DNA of 60,655 bases from Gammaproteobacteria bacterium. GTDB lineage: Bacteria > Pseudomonadota > Gammaproteobacteria > SKWO01. The notes beneath the pieces were generated by a model. That model did no database searches. It worked only from the letters and a program-made list of their open reading frames with translations, and had not been told where the DNA came from. The stretch lies in assembly GCA_007128895.1 (NCBI GenBank), contig SKWO01000032.1, positions 1 to 60,655 on the forward strand. Reading direction: 5' to 3'. Of this stretch, positions 39,003-49,698 are shown piece after piece (position 1 is the stretch's first letter; the number at the start of each line of letters is the position of its first letter). Made by a program: the position numbers and the translations under genes.

Positions 39003-40463
39003 ATGAATCTGCCCGGAACCCAAGACTACCTGGCCGCGCTGCCCGAGATCGTCGTCGCCACGCTGGCGTGCATCGTGCTGCTGATCGACCTGTGGTCGAA
39101 CGATCGTGAACGGTTGCTGACCTGGTTGGCGACCCAGTTCACCCTGCTGGTCGGTATTGTCCTGATCATTGTCCAGCTCTCCACCGATGTGACCTACGCC
39201 TTCGCCGGTACCTACGTCAAGGATATCCTCTCCGACGTCCTCAAGCTCTTCATCTTCATCGGGGCCGGGGTCGCCTTCCTCTACATGCGCGAATACCTGC
39301 GCATTCACAACGAGATGAAGGGCGAGTACTTCACCCTGGGTCTCTTTGCCGTGCTCGGCATGATGGTGCTCGCCTCGGCCAGCCACATGATCACCCTCTA
39401 TCTCGGCCTTGAGCTGCTCTCGCTCTCGCTCTATGCGCTGGTGGCGATGCGTCGCGATTCGGCTCAGAGTGCCGAGGCGGCGATGAAGTACTTCATGCTC
39501 GGTGCCATTGCCTCGGGCATGCTGCTCTACGGCATGTCGATGATCTACGGGGCGACCGGCTCGCTCGACCTGCGCGAGGTCGCCGACGCGGTGGCCCAGG
39601 CGCGCAGCGACGATCTGATCCTGATCTTCGGTCTGGTCTTCATCGTCGCCGGTATCGCCTTCAAGCTGGGTGCGGTACCGTTCCACATGTGGGCACCCGA
39701 TGTCTATCAGGGCGCACCGACGGCGGTCACCCTCTTTCTGGCTACGGTACCCAAGCTGGCCGCCTTCGCCATGCTGATGCGGCTGCTGGTCGACGGGCTC
39801 GGGCCGCTGCACGATCAGTGGCAGGGGATGCTGATCATCCTCGCCGTGCTCTCCATGGCGATCGGCAACCTGGTTGCCATCGCCCAGGAGAATATCCGCC
39901 GCATGCTGGCCTATTCGACCATCTCGCACGTCGGCTTTCTGCTGCTCGGCGTGCTCAGTGGCACCGACCAGGGCTATGCCGCCGCGCTGTTCTATACGGT
40001 GGTCTACATGATCATGGGGCTGGGCGCCTTTGGTGTGCTGGTGATGCTCGGACGGGCAGGTTTTGAGGCCGATCGGCTGAGTGACATCAAGGGGCTCAAT
40101 CAGCGCAGCCCTTGGCTGGCCGGTGTCATGTTGGTTATGATGTTCTCCATGGCTGGCGTGCCGCCCTTCCTTGGGTTCTGGGCCAAGTTCGCCGTGCTAC
40201 AGGAAGTGGTGGCCGTCGGTCTGGTCTGGCTGGCGGTGGCGGCAGTGGTCTTCTCGATCATCGGCGCCTTCTACTACTTGCGCATCGTCAAGCTGATCTA
40301 CTTTGACGAGGCCGAGGAGCAGGCGCCGATCAGAGGCAGCTCGCCGATGCGCGTGATGGTCTCGAGCAATGGACTGGTGGTGCTGCTCTTTGGCCTCTTC
40401 CCGGCGCCGCTGCTCGGTATCTGCATCGCCGTCTTTACCCGCATTGAACTGGTGATAGGATGA
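39003..40463 (+). CDS. nuoN: NADH-quinone oxidoreductase subunit N
   Basis: LGLELLSLSLYALVA..., FKLGAVPFHMWAPDVYQGAPT. ATG at 39003 (AGGTGG upstream); GTG alternatives at 38994 and 38997. Confidence 0.95.
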   Translation: MNLPGTQDYLAALPEIVVATLACIVLLIDLWSNDRERLLTWLATQFTLLVGIVLIIVQLSTDVTYAFAGTYVKDILSDVLKLFIFIGAGVAFLYMREYLRIHNEMKGEYFTLGLFAVLGMMVLASASHMITLYLGLELLSLSLYALVAMRRDSAQSAEAAMKYFMLGAIASGMLLYGMSMIYGATGSLDLREVADAVAQARSDDLILIFGLVFIVAGIAFKLGAVPFHMWAPDVYQGAPTAVTLFLATVPKLAAFAMLMRLLVDGLGPLHDQWQGMLIILAVLSMAIGNLVAIAQENIRRMLAYSTISHVGFLLLGVLSGTDQGYAAALFYTVVYMIMGLGAFGVLVMLGRAGFEADRLSDIKGLNQRSPWLAGVMLVMMFSMAGVPPFLGFWAKFAVLQEVVAVGLVWLAVAAVVFSIIGAFYYLRIVKLIYFDEAEEQAPIRGSSPMRVMVSSNGLVVLLFGLFPAPLLGICIAVFTRIELVIG

Positions 40464-40801
40464 CACAGACAACCACTGCACTGCTGCTTCTGTTGGCGCT
40501 CTCTCTGGTCGCGGCCAACCTGCCGTGGATGACCGAGCGCCGTTTTATCATCTTGCCGCCACGCGAGGGTGGCAAGAGCGTTGCTTTGCGCCTGATCGAG
40601 TGGCTTCTGCTCTTCTTTGTCGTGTTGGCGCTCTCGTTGGGGCTGGAGCAGGCGATCACCGGTACGATCTATCCGCAGGACTGGGAGTTCTACGTTGTTG
40701 TGCTCTGCCTCTTCGCGGTCTTTGCCATGCCTGGCTTCATCTACCGGCACGACCTCAAGCCACGTCTCGAACGGATGCGTCGCCCGGCCACTGAGCGATA
40801 G
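40460..40801 (+). CDS. Small three-helix membrane protein translationally coupled to nuoN (resembles DUF2818-type proteins, from memory)
   Basis: ATGA overlap with the nuoN stop; 113 aa. TTALLLLLALSLVAANLPW, LIEWLLLFFVVLALSLGL and FYVVVLCLFAVFAMPGFIY are hydrophobic segments. It ends 46 nt before the metY tRNA (4 nt before its promoter). Confidence 0.7.
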   Translation: MTQTTTALLLLLALSLVAANLPWMTERRFIILPPREGGKSVALRLIEWLLLFFVVLALSLGLEQAITGTIYPQDWEFYVVVLCLFAVFAMPGFIYRHDLKPRLERMRRPATER

Positions 40802-40804
40802 GGC

Positions 40805-40833
40805 TTGCAATACAGGCGCAGCCTCGCTATACT
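40805..40833 (+). promoter_or_regulatory. Sigma-70 promoter of the initiator tRNA gene
   Basis: TTGCAA-N17-TATACT, with the -10 ending 14 nt before the mature tRNA 5' end. Confidence 0.65.
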
Positions 40834-40846
40834 TTCAAATCTCGAG

Positions 40847-40923
<77 letters not shown>

Positions 40924-40930
40924 AATCCTC

Positions 40931-40961
40931 AAAGGCGGCCCAGTGGGCCGCCTTTGTTTTT
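40931..40961 (+). terminator. Strong intrinsic terminator after metY
   Basis: AAAGGCGGCCC-AGT-GGGCCGCCTTT (11-bp stem) followed by GTTTTT. Confidence 0.8.
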
Positions 40962-41007
40962 GCGGGCTTTGCCGGTGGTGGGTGGGGCTTGTGGCAGGTC
41001 GTGCATC

Positions 41008-41036
41008 TTGACCGCGTCAGGCTGACGGCGTACAGT
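41008..41036 (+). promoter_or_regulatory. Candidate sigma-70 promoter for rimP-nusA-infB
   Basis: TTGACC-N17-TACAGT, located between the metY terminator and rimP. Confidence 0.45.
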
Positions 41037-41082
41037 ATAAAGATAGGTGCCGGTGGCAGTATGGCCTGCCGGTAGCGTGACC

Positions 41083-41107
41083 AGCCCCCGGAGTGGGGCT
41101 TTTTATT
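41083..41107 (+). terminator. Terminator-like leader hairpin 1 (possible attenuator)
   Basis: AGCCCC-CGGAGT-GGGGCT followed by TTTTATT. Confidence 0.4.
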
Positions 41108-41162
41108 ACCGCCGGTCTCGACCCGGTGGCTACCCGCCAGCGGGTAGAGGTGGTTTCGAGCG

Positions 41163-41186
41163 TGGGCCTATGGCCCATTTTTTGTT
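41163..41186 (+). terminator. Terminator-like leader hairpin 2 (possible attenuator) just upstream of the rimP RBS
   Basis: TGGGCC-TAT-GGCCCA followed by TTTTTTGTT, ending 9 nt before AAGGTG (the rimP SD). Confidence 0.4.
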
Positions 41187-41206
41187 TCTGGAGCAAGGTG
41201 CGGCAG

Positions 41207-41671
41207 ATGCGGCGCGACGAGAGAATGGAGCGGCTGATTGGGCCGACCGTGGAAGGGCTCGGCTATGAGCTGGTCGGGGTGGAGTTCTCCACCGGGGCCG
41301 GCGCGTTGCTGCGCATCTATATCGACCGGCCGGAAGGCATTCAGGTCGAGGACTGCGAGCGGGTCAGCCATCAGGTCAGTGGTGTACTTGATGTCGAGGA
41401 TGCCGTCGCTGGACGCTACACGCTGGAGGTCTCGTCGCCCGGGATGGATCGGCCGCTCTTTACACTGGCGCACTTCCAGCGCTTTGTCGGTGAGCGGGTC
41501 AAGCTGCGTCTCGACCGCCCGTTGCTGGATGGTCGCCGACGGATCAGCGGGCGACTGCAGGGCATTGAAGAGGGTGCGACGCTGGTCGTGCTCAGTGAGG
41601 ATGGTGAGGAGCTGATGGTACCGTTCGCCGACGTCGAACGGGCCAGACTCGATCCGGAATTTGGTAAGTAA
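41207..41671 (+). CDS. rimP: Ribosome maturation factor RimP
   Basis: MERLIGPTVEGLGYELVGVEF...YTLEVSSPGMDRPL. ATG at 41207 with AAGGTG upstream (alternative 41225). The track ORF start at 41093 spans the leader hairpins. Confidence 0.9.
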   Translation: MRRDERMERLIGPTVEGLGYELVGVEFSTGAGALLRIYIDRPEGIQVEDCERVSHQVSGVLDVEDAVAGRYTLEVSSPGMDRPLFTLAHFQRFVGERVKLRLDRPLLDGRRRISGRLQGIEEGATLVVLSEDGEELMVPFADVERARLDPEFGK

Positions 41672-41689
41672 CTTGGCGAGGCCGGTGAT

Positions 41690-43159
41690 ATGAACAAGGA
41701 GATTCTGCTGGTTGTCGACGCTGTCTCGAATGAGAAGGGTGTGGGCAAGGAAATGATCTTCCAGGCGATCGAGTCTGCTCTGGCGATGGCGACCAAGAAG
41801 CGCTATACCGCAGATATCGATGTGCGTGTGGCGATCGATCGCGGTACGGGTGACTACGAGACCTTCCGTCGCTGGGAGGTGGTCGAGGACGACGGGATGG
41901 AGGCGCCGGAGCGGCAGATGACCCTCTCCGCAGCGCGTATTGACGAGCCTGAGATCAACGTGGGTGACTTCACCGAAGAGCCGCTGGAGTCGATTCCGTT
42001 TGGCCGTATTGCGGCGCAGACGGCCAAACAGGTAATTGTGCAGAAGGTGCGCGAGGCTGAACGGGCGCTGGTGGCCGATGCCTACCGTGATCGGATTGGT
42101 GAACTGGTCTCGGGCATGGTCAAGCGGGTCGATCGGGGCAACGTGATCCTGGATCTGGGCAATAACGCCGAGGCGATCATTCCGCGCGAGGAGATGATCC
42201 CGCGCGAGTCGATCCGCACCGGCGACCGGGTGCGCGGCTTTCTCAAGGAGGTGCGCCCTGAGGCGCGTGGCCCACAGCTGTTCGTCAGCCGTACCGCACC
42301 GCAGTTTCTGGTCGAGCTTTTCCGTATCGAGGTGCCGGAGATCGGCGAGGGGCTGATCGAGGTGATGGGCGCGGCGCGGGATCCTGGCCTGCGCGCCAAG
42401 ATTGCGGTGACCACCCGTGACCCGCGTATCGATCCGGTGGGCGCCTGCGTCGGTATGCGTGGTTCGCGCGTGCAGGCGGTCTCCAATGAGTTGGCTGGTG
42501 AGCGCGTCGATATCATTCTGTGGGACGAGAATCCGGCCCAGTTCGTGATCAATGCGATGTCGCCGGCCGAGGTGGTCTCGATCGTGGTTGATGAGGATGC
42601 CCATAGCATGGACGTCGCCGTGGTCGAGGAGCAGCTGTCGCAGGCGATCGGGCGCAATGGTCAGAATGTGCGCCTCGCCAGTCAACTGAGCGGCTGGGAG
42701 ATCAATGTGATGACGGCGCAGCAGGCCGAAGAGAAGAGCGAGGCGGAAGCCGCCGCGATGATCCAGGCCTTCCGCGACAAGCTCGGCGTGGACGAGGAGA
42801 TCGCTGCGATCCTGGTGCAGGAAGGGTTCACCACCGTCGACGAGATTGCCTACGTGCCGGCCAGTGAGATGCTTGAGATCGAAGAATTTGATGAAGATCT
42901 GGTCGAGGAGCTGCGTTCGCGGGCCCGTGATGTGCTGTTGGCCGAGGCGATCAGCCAGTCGGCGCCGGCCGAGGATCTGGCCTCCATGGAGGGGATGGAT
43001 CCGCAGCTGCTCGATGCCCTGGTCGCCATGGAAGTGACGACCATGGATGATCTGGCCGAGCTCTCGGTGGATGAGCTGATGGCCATCGAGGGCATGGATG
43101 AGGCGCGCGCCGGTGAGCTGATCATGACGGCTCGTGCACCGTGGTTCGCGGAAGAGTGA
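41690..43159 (+). CDS. nusA: Transcription termination/antitermination factor NusA
   Basis: [18 protein letters not shown]...S1 and KH domains ([18 protein letters not shown]; [11 protein letters not shown]...[17 protein letters not shown]), plus acidic C-terminal repeats. Confidence 0.97.
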   Translation: MNKEILLVVDAVSNEKGVGKEMIFQAIESALAMATKKRYTADIDVRVAIDRGTGDYETFRRWEVVEDDGMEAPERQMTLSAARIDEPEINVGDFTEEPLESIPFGRIAAQTAKQVIVQKVREAERALVADAYRDRIGELVSGMVKRVDRGNVILDLGNNAEAIIPREEMIPRESIRTGDRVRGFLKEVRPEARGPQLFVSRTAPQFLVELFRIEVPEIGEGLIEVMGAARDPGLRAKIAVTTRDPRIDPVGACVGMRGSRVQAVSNELAGERVDIILWDENPAQFVINAMSPAEVVSIVVDEDAHSMDVAVVEEQLSQAIGRNGQNVRLASQLSGWEINVMTAQQAEEKSEAEAAAMIQAFRDKLGVDEEIAAILVQEGFTTVDEIAYVPASEMLEIEEFDEDLVEELRSRARDVLLAEAISQSAPAEDLASMEGMDPQLLDALVAMEVTTMDDLAELSVDELMAIEGMDEARAGELIMTARAPWFAEE

Positions 43160-43231
43160 TAACCGTCCGGCGCCCCGTGGCGGGGTGTCGGACAAGTCGT
43201 GTCGGAGTGACCGATGCGTGGAGGTATGCCG

Positions 43232-45763
43232 ATGTCAGAAGTAAGCGTGAAGCAGTTCGCCGAGGTGCTTGGGATCCCGGTTGCCCGATTGATCGAGAAT
43301 CTGCGTGATGCCGGAATCGATGTGGCCGGTGAAGCGAGTCCGATCAGTGAGGCTGAGAAGGTCCAGCTGTTAAGCCACCTGCGTAGCCGAGGCGCCGGTG
43401 AGGCGCGCGCTGCCGGTGAGCCGAAAAAGGTGACCCTGAGTCGGCGGACCACCAGTGAGTTGAAGACTGGCGGCGGCCCGGGCAAGGCCAAGACGGTCAC
43501 CGTCGAGGTGCGCAAGAAGCGCACCTACGTCAAGCGCAGCGAGGTGATCGACAAGGAGCGCGAAAAGCTCGACGAGCTGCAGCGCCAGCAAGAGGAAGAG
43601 GCGCGCCGCCGCAGCGAGGAGGAGGCCCGCCTGCGCGAGCAGGAAGAGGCCCGTCAACGCGAAGAGGAGCGCCGCCGCGAAGAGGAGCGGCAGCGGCGCG
43701 AAGAAGAAGCGCAGCGCAAGGCTGAAGAGGTGGCCCGCCAGGCTGAGGTCGTTGCCAAGCCGGCCGAGCCAGCCGCTGCAACAGCCGGTGATCCGGCTAC
43801 CAAGGAGGCACCACGCAAGAGCGAGGAGCGCGGACGCAAGACGCGTCGCGACCGCAAGGACGAAGACGATCTAAAGGGGCGTTCCGAGCTGCACGTGGCC
43901 GCCGGCAAGTCGGGTCGGCGGCGCAAGAAGGGCGCCAAGACCACCACCGGGCGGGCTGCGGTCAGTAGCGCCGGTGGCCAGCACGGCTTCTCCAAGCCGA
44001 CCGCTCCAGTGGTGCGTGAGGTGACCATCCCCGAGACGATCCAGGTCGGCGAGCTGGCCCAGAAGATGTCGGTCAAAGCGGCCGATCTGATCAAGGCATT
44101 GATGAAGATGGGCATGATGACCACCATCAACCAAATGCTTGATCAGGAGACCGCGATGATCGTGGTCGAGGAGCTGGGGCACACGCCCAAGCCGGTCAAG
44201 GAGACCGACTTGGAAGACGAGCTGCACCAGGAGGTCGCCGAGGGCAGTGTCGAGGCGCCGCGTGCGCCGGTGGTTACCATCATGGGCCACGTCGACCACG
44301 GCAAGACCTCGCTGCTCGACCATATCCGTCGCACCCGTGTTGCGGCTGGCGAGGCCGGAGGCATTACCCAGCACATTGGTGCCTACCATGTCGAGACGCC
44401 GCGCGGCATGGTCACCTTCCTTGATACCCCAGGCCACGCCGCCTTTACCGCGATGCGTGCCCGAGGCGCCAAGGTGACCGACGTTGTGGTGCTGGTGGTG
44501 GCCGCCGATGACGGTGTCAAGCCGCAGACCAAGGAGGCGATCCAGCACGCTCGCGCTGCCGGGGTGCCGATCATCGTTGCCGTGACCAAGATTGACAAGC
44601 CCGAGGCCGACCCTGAAAAGGTGCGCAGTGAACTCTCCCAAGAGGAGGTTATCTCCGAGGAGTGGGGTGGCGATACCATGTTCGTTCATGTCTCGGCGCA
44701 TACCGGGCAGGGCATCGACGAGCTGCTCGAGGCGCTGCTGCTGCAGGCCGAAGTGCTGGAGTTGAAGGCGGTGCACGATGGCCCGGCCTTTGGCGTCGTG
44801 GTCGAGTCGCGCCTGGACAAGGGGCGCGGTCCGGTCGCTTCGGTGCTGGTGCAGAAGGGAACGCTCAAGCGTGGCGATATCCTGCTGGCCGGGCAGGAGT
44901 TCGGCCGGGTGCGTGCGCTGCTGGACGAAAATGGCAAGCGTATCGAGGCGGCGGGTCCCTCGATCCCGGTACAGGTGCTGGGCCTTTCCGGTACGCCTCA
45001 GGCCGGTGATGAGGCGCTGACCGTGGCCGATGAGCGCAAGGCGCGCGAGGTGGCGATGTATCGCCAGGGCAAGTTCCGCGAGCACAAGCTGGCTCGCCAG
45101 CAGGCGGCCAAGCTGGAGAACATGTTCAGCCAGATGGAGAGCGGCAGTGTCACCACGCTCAACGTACTGGTCAAGGGTGATGTGCAGGGTTCGGTCGAGG
45201 CGATCAACGAGGCCCTGGTCAAGCTCTCCACCGAGGAGATTCAGGTTAAGGTGGTGGCCAGCGGCGTGGGCGGCATCAACGAGTCCGACGTCAACCTGGC
45301 GGTCGCCTCCGGCGCCATCCTGGTCGGCTTCAACGTGCGTGCCGACAGTGCCGCGCGCCGCCTGATCCAGGAAGAGGGTGTCGATCTGCACTACTACAGC
45401 GTCATCTACGATCTGGTCGACGAGATCAAGCAGGCGATGACCGGCATGCTTGAACCCGAGTTCAAGGAGGAGATCGTCGGTCTGGCCGAGGTGCGCGATG
45501 TTTTCCGCGTGGCCAAGATCGGTGCCGTGGCGGGCTGCATGGTGATCGAGGGTACGGTCAAACGCAACAACCCGATCCGCGTGCTGCGCGACAATGTGGT
45601 CATCTTCGAAGGGCAGCTCGAGTCGCTGCGCCGTTTCAAGGACGACGTTGCCGAGGTCAAGGCTGGCACCGAGTGTGGTATCGGTGTGAAGAGCTATAAC
45701 GACATCCAGCCGGGTGACCAGATCGAAGTCTTCGAGAAGGTTCAGGTCAAGCGAACCCTCTGA
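43232..45763 (+). CDS. infB: Translation initiation factor IF-2
   Basis: [24 protein letters not shown]..., E/R-rich linker, G-domain [16 protein letters not shown]...DTPGH...NKID-like TKIDK. ATG at 43232 with GGAGGT 6 nt upstream. Confidence 0.96.
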   Translation: MSEVSVKQFAEVLGIPVARLIENLRDAGIDVAGEASPISEAEKVQLLSHLRSRGAGEARAAGEPKKVTLSRRTTSELKTGGGPGKAKTVTVEVRKKRTYVKRSEVIDKEREKLDELQRQQEEEARRRSEEEARLREQEEARQREEERRREEERQRREEEAQRKAEEVARQAEVVAKPAEPAAATAGDPATKEAPRKSEERGRKTRRDRKDEDDLKGRSELHVAAGKSGRRRKKGAKTTTGRAAVSSAGGQHGFSKPTAPVVREVTIPETIQVGELAQKMSVKAADLIKALMKMGMMTTINQMLDQETAMIVVEELGHTPKPVKETDLEDELHQEVAEGSVEAPRAPVVTIMGHVDHGKTSLLDHIRRTRVAAGEAGGITQHIGAYHVETPRGMVTFLDTPGHAAFTAMRARGAKVTDVVVLVVAADDGVKPQTKEAIQHARAAGVPIIVAVTKIDKPEADPEKVRSELSQEEVISEEWGGDTMFVHVSAHTGQGIDELLEALLLQAEVLELKAVHDGPAFGVVVESRLDKGRGPVASVLVQKGTLKRGDILLAGQEFGRVRALLDENGKRIEAAGPSIPVQVLGLSGTPQAGDEALTVADERKAREVAMYRQGKFREHKLARQQAAKLENMFSQMESGSVTTLNVLVKGDVQGSVEAINEALVKLSTEEIQVKVVASGVGGINESDVNLAVASGAILVGFNVRADSAARRLIQEEGVDLHYYSVIYDLVDEIKQAMTGMLEPEFKEEIVGLAEVRDVFRVAKIGAVAGCMVIEGTVKRNNPIRVLRDNVVIFEGQLESLRRFKDDVAEVKAGTECGIGVKSYNDIQPGDQIEVFEKVQVKRTL

Positions 45764-46128
45764 TGGCGCGCGAGTATGCACGTACCCAGCGCGTCGCCGA
45801 GCAGATTCGGCGCGAACTGGCAGAGCTGATTCGGACGGCGCTCAAGGATCCGCGTCTGGGGCGGGTGACGGTGACCGAGGTCGAAGTCAGTCGCGACTTG
45901 GCCCACGCCCGTGTCTATGTCACCCTGCCGCCGGATGAGGCGGAGCAGAGCCTCAAGGGGCTGACCAGTGCAGCCGGCTTTCTGCGTCGGGCCCTGGCCG
46001 AACGGATGTCGATGCGCACGGTGCCGGCGCTGCGCTTCATCCATGACACGACCCTGGATCGTGCCGATGCGCTCTCTGCCCTGATCGATCAGGCGCTGGG
46101 TGGCGATCGGTACAAGGGGTCGGCGTAA
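45763..46128 (+). CDS. rbfA: Ribosome-binding factor A
   Basis: RTQRVAEQIRRELAELIRTALKDPRLGRVTVTEVEVSRDLAHARVYV. One-nt overlap (TGATG) with the infB stop. Confidence 0.95.
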   Translation: MAREYARTQRVAEQIRRELAELIRTALKDPRLGRVTVTEVEVSRDLAHARVYVTLPPDEAEQSLKGLTSAAGFLRRALAERMSMRTVPALRFIHDTTLDRADALSALIDQALGGDRYKGSA

Positions 46129-47054
46129 TGGCGCGCCATGGTGGTCGACAGCGCGCACGCGGGCGGCAGATCGACGGTATCCTGCTGCTTGATAAGCCTC
46201 GGGGCATCAGCTCCAATGCTGCCCTGCAGCGGGTCAAGCACCTCTTTCATGCGGCCAAGGCAGGCCACACCGGCAATCTTGACCCGTTGGCCACCGGGCT
46301 GCTGGTGATCTGCTTCGGGGAAGCGACCAAGGTCTCGGCTTTCCTGCTCGATGCCGACAAGCGCTACCGCGGCATCTGCAAACTGGGCGCGCGCACTACC
46401 ACGGCAGATGCCGAAGGTGAGGTGATCGAGCGCCGGCCACTGCCCTCCCTGAACGACGCGCAGATCGAGTCGGTATTGGCCCGTTTTCGCGGCGACATCG
46501 AACAGATTCCGCCCATGCACTCGGCGATCAAGCAGCAGGGCAAGCCGCTCTACGAGCTGGCCCGGCAGGGGGTGGAGGTCGAGCGCAAGCCGCGCACGGT
46601 GACCATCCACGATTTGCAGGCGGTGCGCTTGGCAGGGGACGAGCTGGAGATCGATGTGCATTGCTCCAAGGGGACCTACATCCGTACCCTGGCTGAAGAT
46701 ATCGGCGAGGCGCTCGGCTGTGGTGCCCACCTCGGCGCACTGCGGCGCACCTCGGTCGGGCCGTTCCAACTGGCCGCCGCCACCCTGCCTGAGCAGCTCG
46801 AGGCGTTGGCCGAGCAGGGAGTCGAGGCGCTGGACGCCCTGCTTCAGCCGATCGATGCGGCCTTTGCCGACTGGCCACGGGTGCAGTTGACCGAGAACGG
46901 CTGCTTCTACCTGGGGCGAGGCCAGCCGGTGCAGGTGGCGCAGGCCCCGGTCAGTGGGCTGGTGCGCCTGTTCGGGCCGGGGGAACGCCTGATCGGGGTG
47001 GGTGAGGTGATCGAGGACGGGCGCATCGCACCCAAGCGGCTCTTCAACCGCTGA
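46128..47054 (+). CDS. truB: tRNA pseudouridine(55) synthase TruB
   Basis: DGILLLDKPRGISSNAALQRVKHLFHAAKAGHTGNLDPLATGLLVICFGEATK. TAATG overlap with rbfA. Confidence 0.96.
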   Translation: MARHGGRQRARGRQIDGILLLDKPRGISSNAALQRVKHLFHAAKAGHTGNLDPLATGLLVICFGEATKVSAFLLDADKRYRGICKLGARTTTADAEGEVIERRPLPSLNDAQIESVLARFRGDIEQIPPMHSAIKQQGKPLYELARQGVEVERKPRTVTIHDLQAVRLAGDELEIDVHCSKGTYIRTLAEDIGEALGCGAHLGALRRTSVGPFQLAAATLPEQLEALAEQGVEALDALLQPIDAAFADWPRVQLTENGCFYLGRGQPVQVAQAPVSGLVRLFGPGERLIGVGEVIEDGRIAPKRLFNR

Positions 47055-47059
47055 TTCAG

Positions 47060-47088
47060 TTGTGGGCGGTTGGGTGAAAGTTTACAAT
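47060..47088 (+). promoter_or_regulatory. Candidate sigma-70 promoter of rpsO
   Basis: TTGTGG-N17-TACAAT in an AT-rich spacer; CAGGAG SD at 47128-47133. Confidence 0.5.
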
Positions 47089-47143
47089 AGACGATTAAGT
47101 ACAGTTTTATCCAGACGGAACCATTCGCAGGAGTCATACCAAC

Positions 47144-47413
47144 ATGCCAGTAACCACCGAGCAGAAGTCGCAGGTTGTGCAGGATTATCAGCTTGCCCCG
47201 GGCGATACCGGTTCGCCGGAAGTCCAGGTTGCGCTGCTGACCGCGCGCATCACCGACCTCACCGGCCACTTCAAGGAGCACATCCACGACAACCACTCGC
47301 GTCGTGGTCTGCTGAAGATGGTCAACCAGCGCCGCAAGCTGCTTGACTACCTCAAGCGCAAGGATGTCGAGCGCTATCGCTCGCTGATCGCGCGTCTCGG
47401 TCTGCGCAAGTAA
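47144..47413 (+). CDS. rpsO: 30S ribosomal protein S15
   Basis: [55 protein letters not shown]. Confidence 0.98.
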   Translation: MPVTTEQKSQVVQDYQLAPGDTGSPEVQVALLTARITDLTGHFKEHIHDNHSRRGLLKMVNQRRKLLDYLKRKDVERYRSLIARLGLRK

Positions 47414-47427
47414 GCCGCGACCGAACC

Positions 47428-47500
47428 CGCTCCGGCCTTGAGCCGGGCGCACCGATGGGCCGGCGGCGGGGCGCCGTCTGTTCACGGTTCGCAGACCGAT
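47428..47500 (+). promoter_or_regulatory. GC-rich stem-loops in the rpsO-pnp spacer (candidate rpsO terminator and pnp autoregulatory leader)
   Basis: CGC-T-CCGGC-CTTGA-GCCGG-GCG bulged hairpin at 47428-47449, with further GGCGC...GCGCC and GTCTG...CAGAC pairings. The function is assigned by position only. Confidence 0.3.
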
Positions 47501-47529
47501 GAGCAGATCGCAGGATAAGTGAGGCAGTC

Positions 47530-49617
47530 ATGCAAGCAAGGAAAGAGTTTCAGTACGGGGCCCACCGCGTGGTCATGGAGACGGGCGAGATTGCCCGCCA
47601 GGCCAGCGGTGCCGTGATGATCAGCATGGGCGACACGGTGGTGCTGGTCACCGCCGTGGCCAAGAAGGAGGCCGACCCCGGCAAGGACTTCTTCCCGCTG
47701 ACCGTCAACTATCAGGAGCGTACCTACGCGGCAGGCAAGATCCCTGGCGGTTTCTTCAAGCGTGAAGGGCGCCCGAGCGAGAAGGAGACCTTGACATCGC
47801 GCCTGATCGACCGGCCGATCCGCCCCCTCTTTCCCAAGGGCTTCCTCAACGAAGTCCAGGTCATTGCGACGGTGGTCTCGATCGATCCGGAGATCGACCC
47901 CGACGTGCCGTCGATGATCGGCGCCTCTGCCGCGCTCGCCCTCTCTGGCGTGCCGTTTGCCGGCCCGATCGGTGCGGCGCGCGTCGGCTACCGCGATGGT
48001 GACTACCTGCTCAACCCGTCAGCCAGCGAGCTGAAGGGCTCGCAGCTCGACCTGGTTGTGGCCGGTACCGAGAACGCCGTGCTGATGGTCGAATCCGAGG
48101 CCAGCGAGCTCTCCGAGGAGGTGATGCTCGGCGCCGTGGTCTATGGCCACGAACAGATGCGTGTGGCCATCGAGGCGATCCGCGAACTGGCTGCCGAGGC
48201 GGGTGCCGAGCCGTGGGTATGGAACCCGCCGCCGAGCGATGACAGCCTGACCGAGGAGGTCGCCCGACTGGCCACGGCCGGTCTGACCGAAGCCTATACC
48301 ATCGTCGACAAGCAGGCGCGTTATGCCCGTCTGGACGCGCTACGCAGCGAAATCATCACCCAGCTCTGCCCGGAAGAGGGCGAGCCGCGCTGGGGCCGCG
48401 ACGCGGTCAAGGGGGCGATCGGCAAGCTGGAGAAGCGCATCGTGCGTGAGCGTATCCTCGATGGCCAGCCGCGCATCGACGGTCGCGACACCGCCACCGT
48501 GCGTCCGATCACCATCCGTACCGGCGTGCTGCCGCGTACCCACGGCTCGGCGCTCTTTACCCGTGGCGAGACCCAGGCGATCGTGGTGACCACGCTCGGC
48601 ACCGGTCGCGACGCGCAGATCATCGACGCCATCGAAGGCGAGCGCAAGGAGCCGTTCATGCTCCACTACAACTTCCCGCCCTACTGCGTTGGTGAGACCG
48701 GTATGGTCGGTTCGCCCAAGCGCCGCGAGATCGGCCACGGTCGGCTGGCCAAGCGCGGCGTCATGGCGGTGATGCCGAACATGGCTGAGTACCCGTATGT
48801 CATCCGCGTCGTCTCCGAGATCACCGAGTCCAACGGCTCCAGCTCGATGGCCTCGGTCTGCGGCACCAGCCTGGCCCTGATGGACGCCGGTGTGCCGATC
48901 AAGGCGCCGGTGGCCGGTATCGCCATGGGTCTGATCAAGGAAGGTGATCGCCATGCCGTGATCAGTGACATTCTCGGCGACGAGGACCACCTGGGCGACA
49001 TGGACTTCAAGGTGGCCGGTACCGCCGACGGCGTCACCGCGCTGCAGATGGACATCAAGATCGACGGTATCACCCGCGAGATCATGGAGCAGGCACTGCA
49101 CCAGGCCCGTGACGGCCGTCTGCACATCCTGGGTGCCATGAACCGCGTGCTGGACAAGCCGCGCGAAGAGATCTCGATCTACGCACCGAGCATCGTCTCG
49201 TTCCGTATCAATCCGGAAAAGATCCGTGATGTCATCGGCAAGGGCGGTGCCACCATCCGCTCGATTACCGAAGAGACCGGCGCCACCATCGACATCAGCG
49301 ATGACGGCACGGTCAAGGTGGCTTCGGTGGACAAGGCCGCTGGCGACGAGGCGCGCCGCCGTATCGAGCAGATCACGGCCGATGTCGAAGTGGGTATGAT
49401 CTACGAAGGTCGTGTTGCCAAACTGATGGATTTCGGCGCCTTTGTGACCATCCTGCCCGGCAAGGACGGCTTGGTCCACATCTCGCAGATCTCCGATGAG
49501 CGGGTCGAGAACGTTGGCGACAAGCTCAGCGAGGGGCAGATGATCAAGGTCAAGGTCCTCGAAGTCGACAAGCAGGGGCGTATCCGCCTGAGCATGAAGG
49601 CCGTGCTGGAGGGTTAG
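47530..49617 (+). CDS. pnp: Polyribonucleotide nucleotidyltransferase (PNPase)
   Basis: Two RNase PH domains ([28 protein letters not shown]; GHGRLAKR), KH ([16 protein letters not shown]) and S1 ([28 protein letters not shown]); 695 aa. Confidence 0.98.
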   Translation: MQARKEFQYGAHRVVMETGEIARQASGAVMISMGDTVVLVTAVAKKEADPGKDFFPLTVNYQERTYAAGKIPGGFFKREGRPSEKETLTSRLIDRPIRPLFPKGFLNEVQVIATVVSIDPEIDPDVPSMIGASAALALSGVPFAGPIGAARVGYRDGDYLLNPSASELKGSQLDLVVAGTENAVLMVESEASELSEEVMLGAVVYGHEQMRVAIEAIRELAAEAGAEPWVWNPPPSDDSLTEEVARLATAGLTEAYTIVDKQARYARLDALRSEIITQLCPEEGEPRWGRDAVKGAIGKLEKRIVRERILDGQPRIDGRDTATVRPITIRTGVLPRTHGSALFTRGETQAIVVTTLGTGRDAQIIDAIEGERKEPFMLHYNFPPYCVGETGMVGSPKRREIGHGRLAKRGVMAVMPNMAEYPYVIRVVSEITESNGSSSMASVCGTSLALMDAGVPIKAPVAGIAMGLIKEGDRHAVISDILGDEDHLGDMDFKVAGTADGVTALQMDIKIDGITREIMEQALHQARDGRLHILGAMNRVLDKPREEISIYAPSIVSFRINPEKIRDVIGKGGATIRSITEETGATIDISDDGTVKVASVDKAAGDEARRRIEQITADVEVGMIYEGRVAKLMDFGAFVTILPGKDGLVHISQISDERVENVGDKLSEGQMIKVKVLEVDKQGRIRLSMKAVLEG

Positions 49618-49650
49618 CCGAACGGCTAGCAGAATGGCTGGCCGGTCACG

Positions 49651-49682
49651 GCAGAAGGGGCGCTCTCGGGCGCCCCTTCTGC
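49651..49682 (+). terminator. 13-bp perfect stem-loop after pnp (terminator or 3' stabiliser; no U tract)
   Basis: GCAGAAGGGGCGC-TCTCGG-GCGCCCCTTCTGC followed by GTCTACAA. Confidence 0.5.
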
Positions 49683-49698
49683 GTCTACAATAAAGCGC

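Noticed and set aside
41047-41268. A 73-aa ORF, and the extended RimP ORF start at 41093, in the metY-rimP spacer.
   Set aside because: The translations are R/G/A-rich with no family resemblance. The region is better explained by a promoter plus hairpins, and the RimP homology begins at MERLIGPTVEGLGYELV.
43560-43760. Apparent tandem repeat of GAAGAGG/CGCCGC-rich DNA.
   Set aside because: It encodes the E/R-rich low-complexity linker of IF-2 ([43 protein letters not shown]). It is coding low complexity, not a repeat element or CRISPR.
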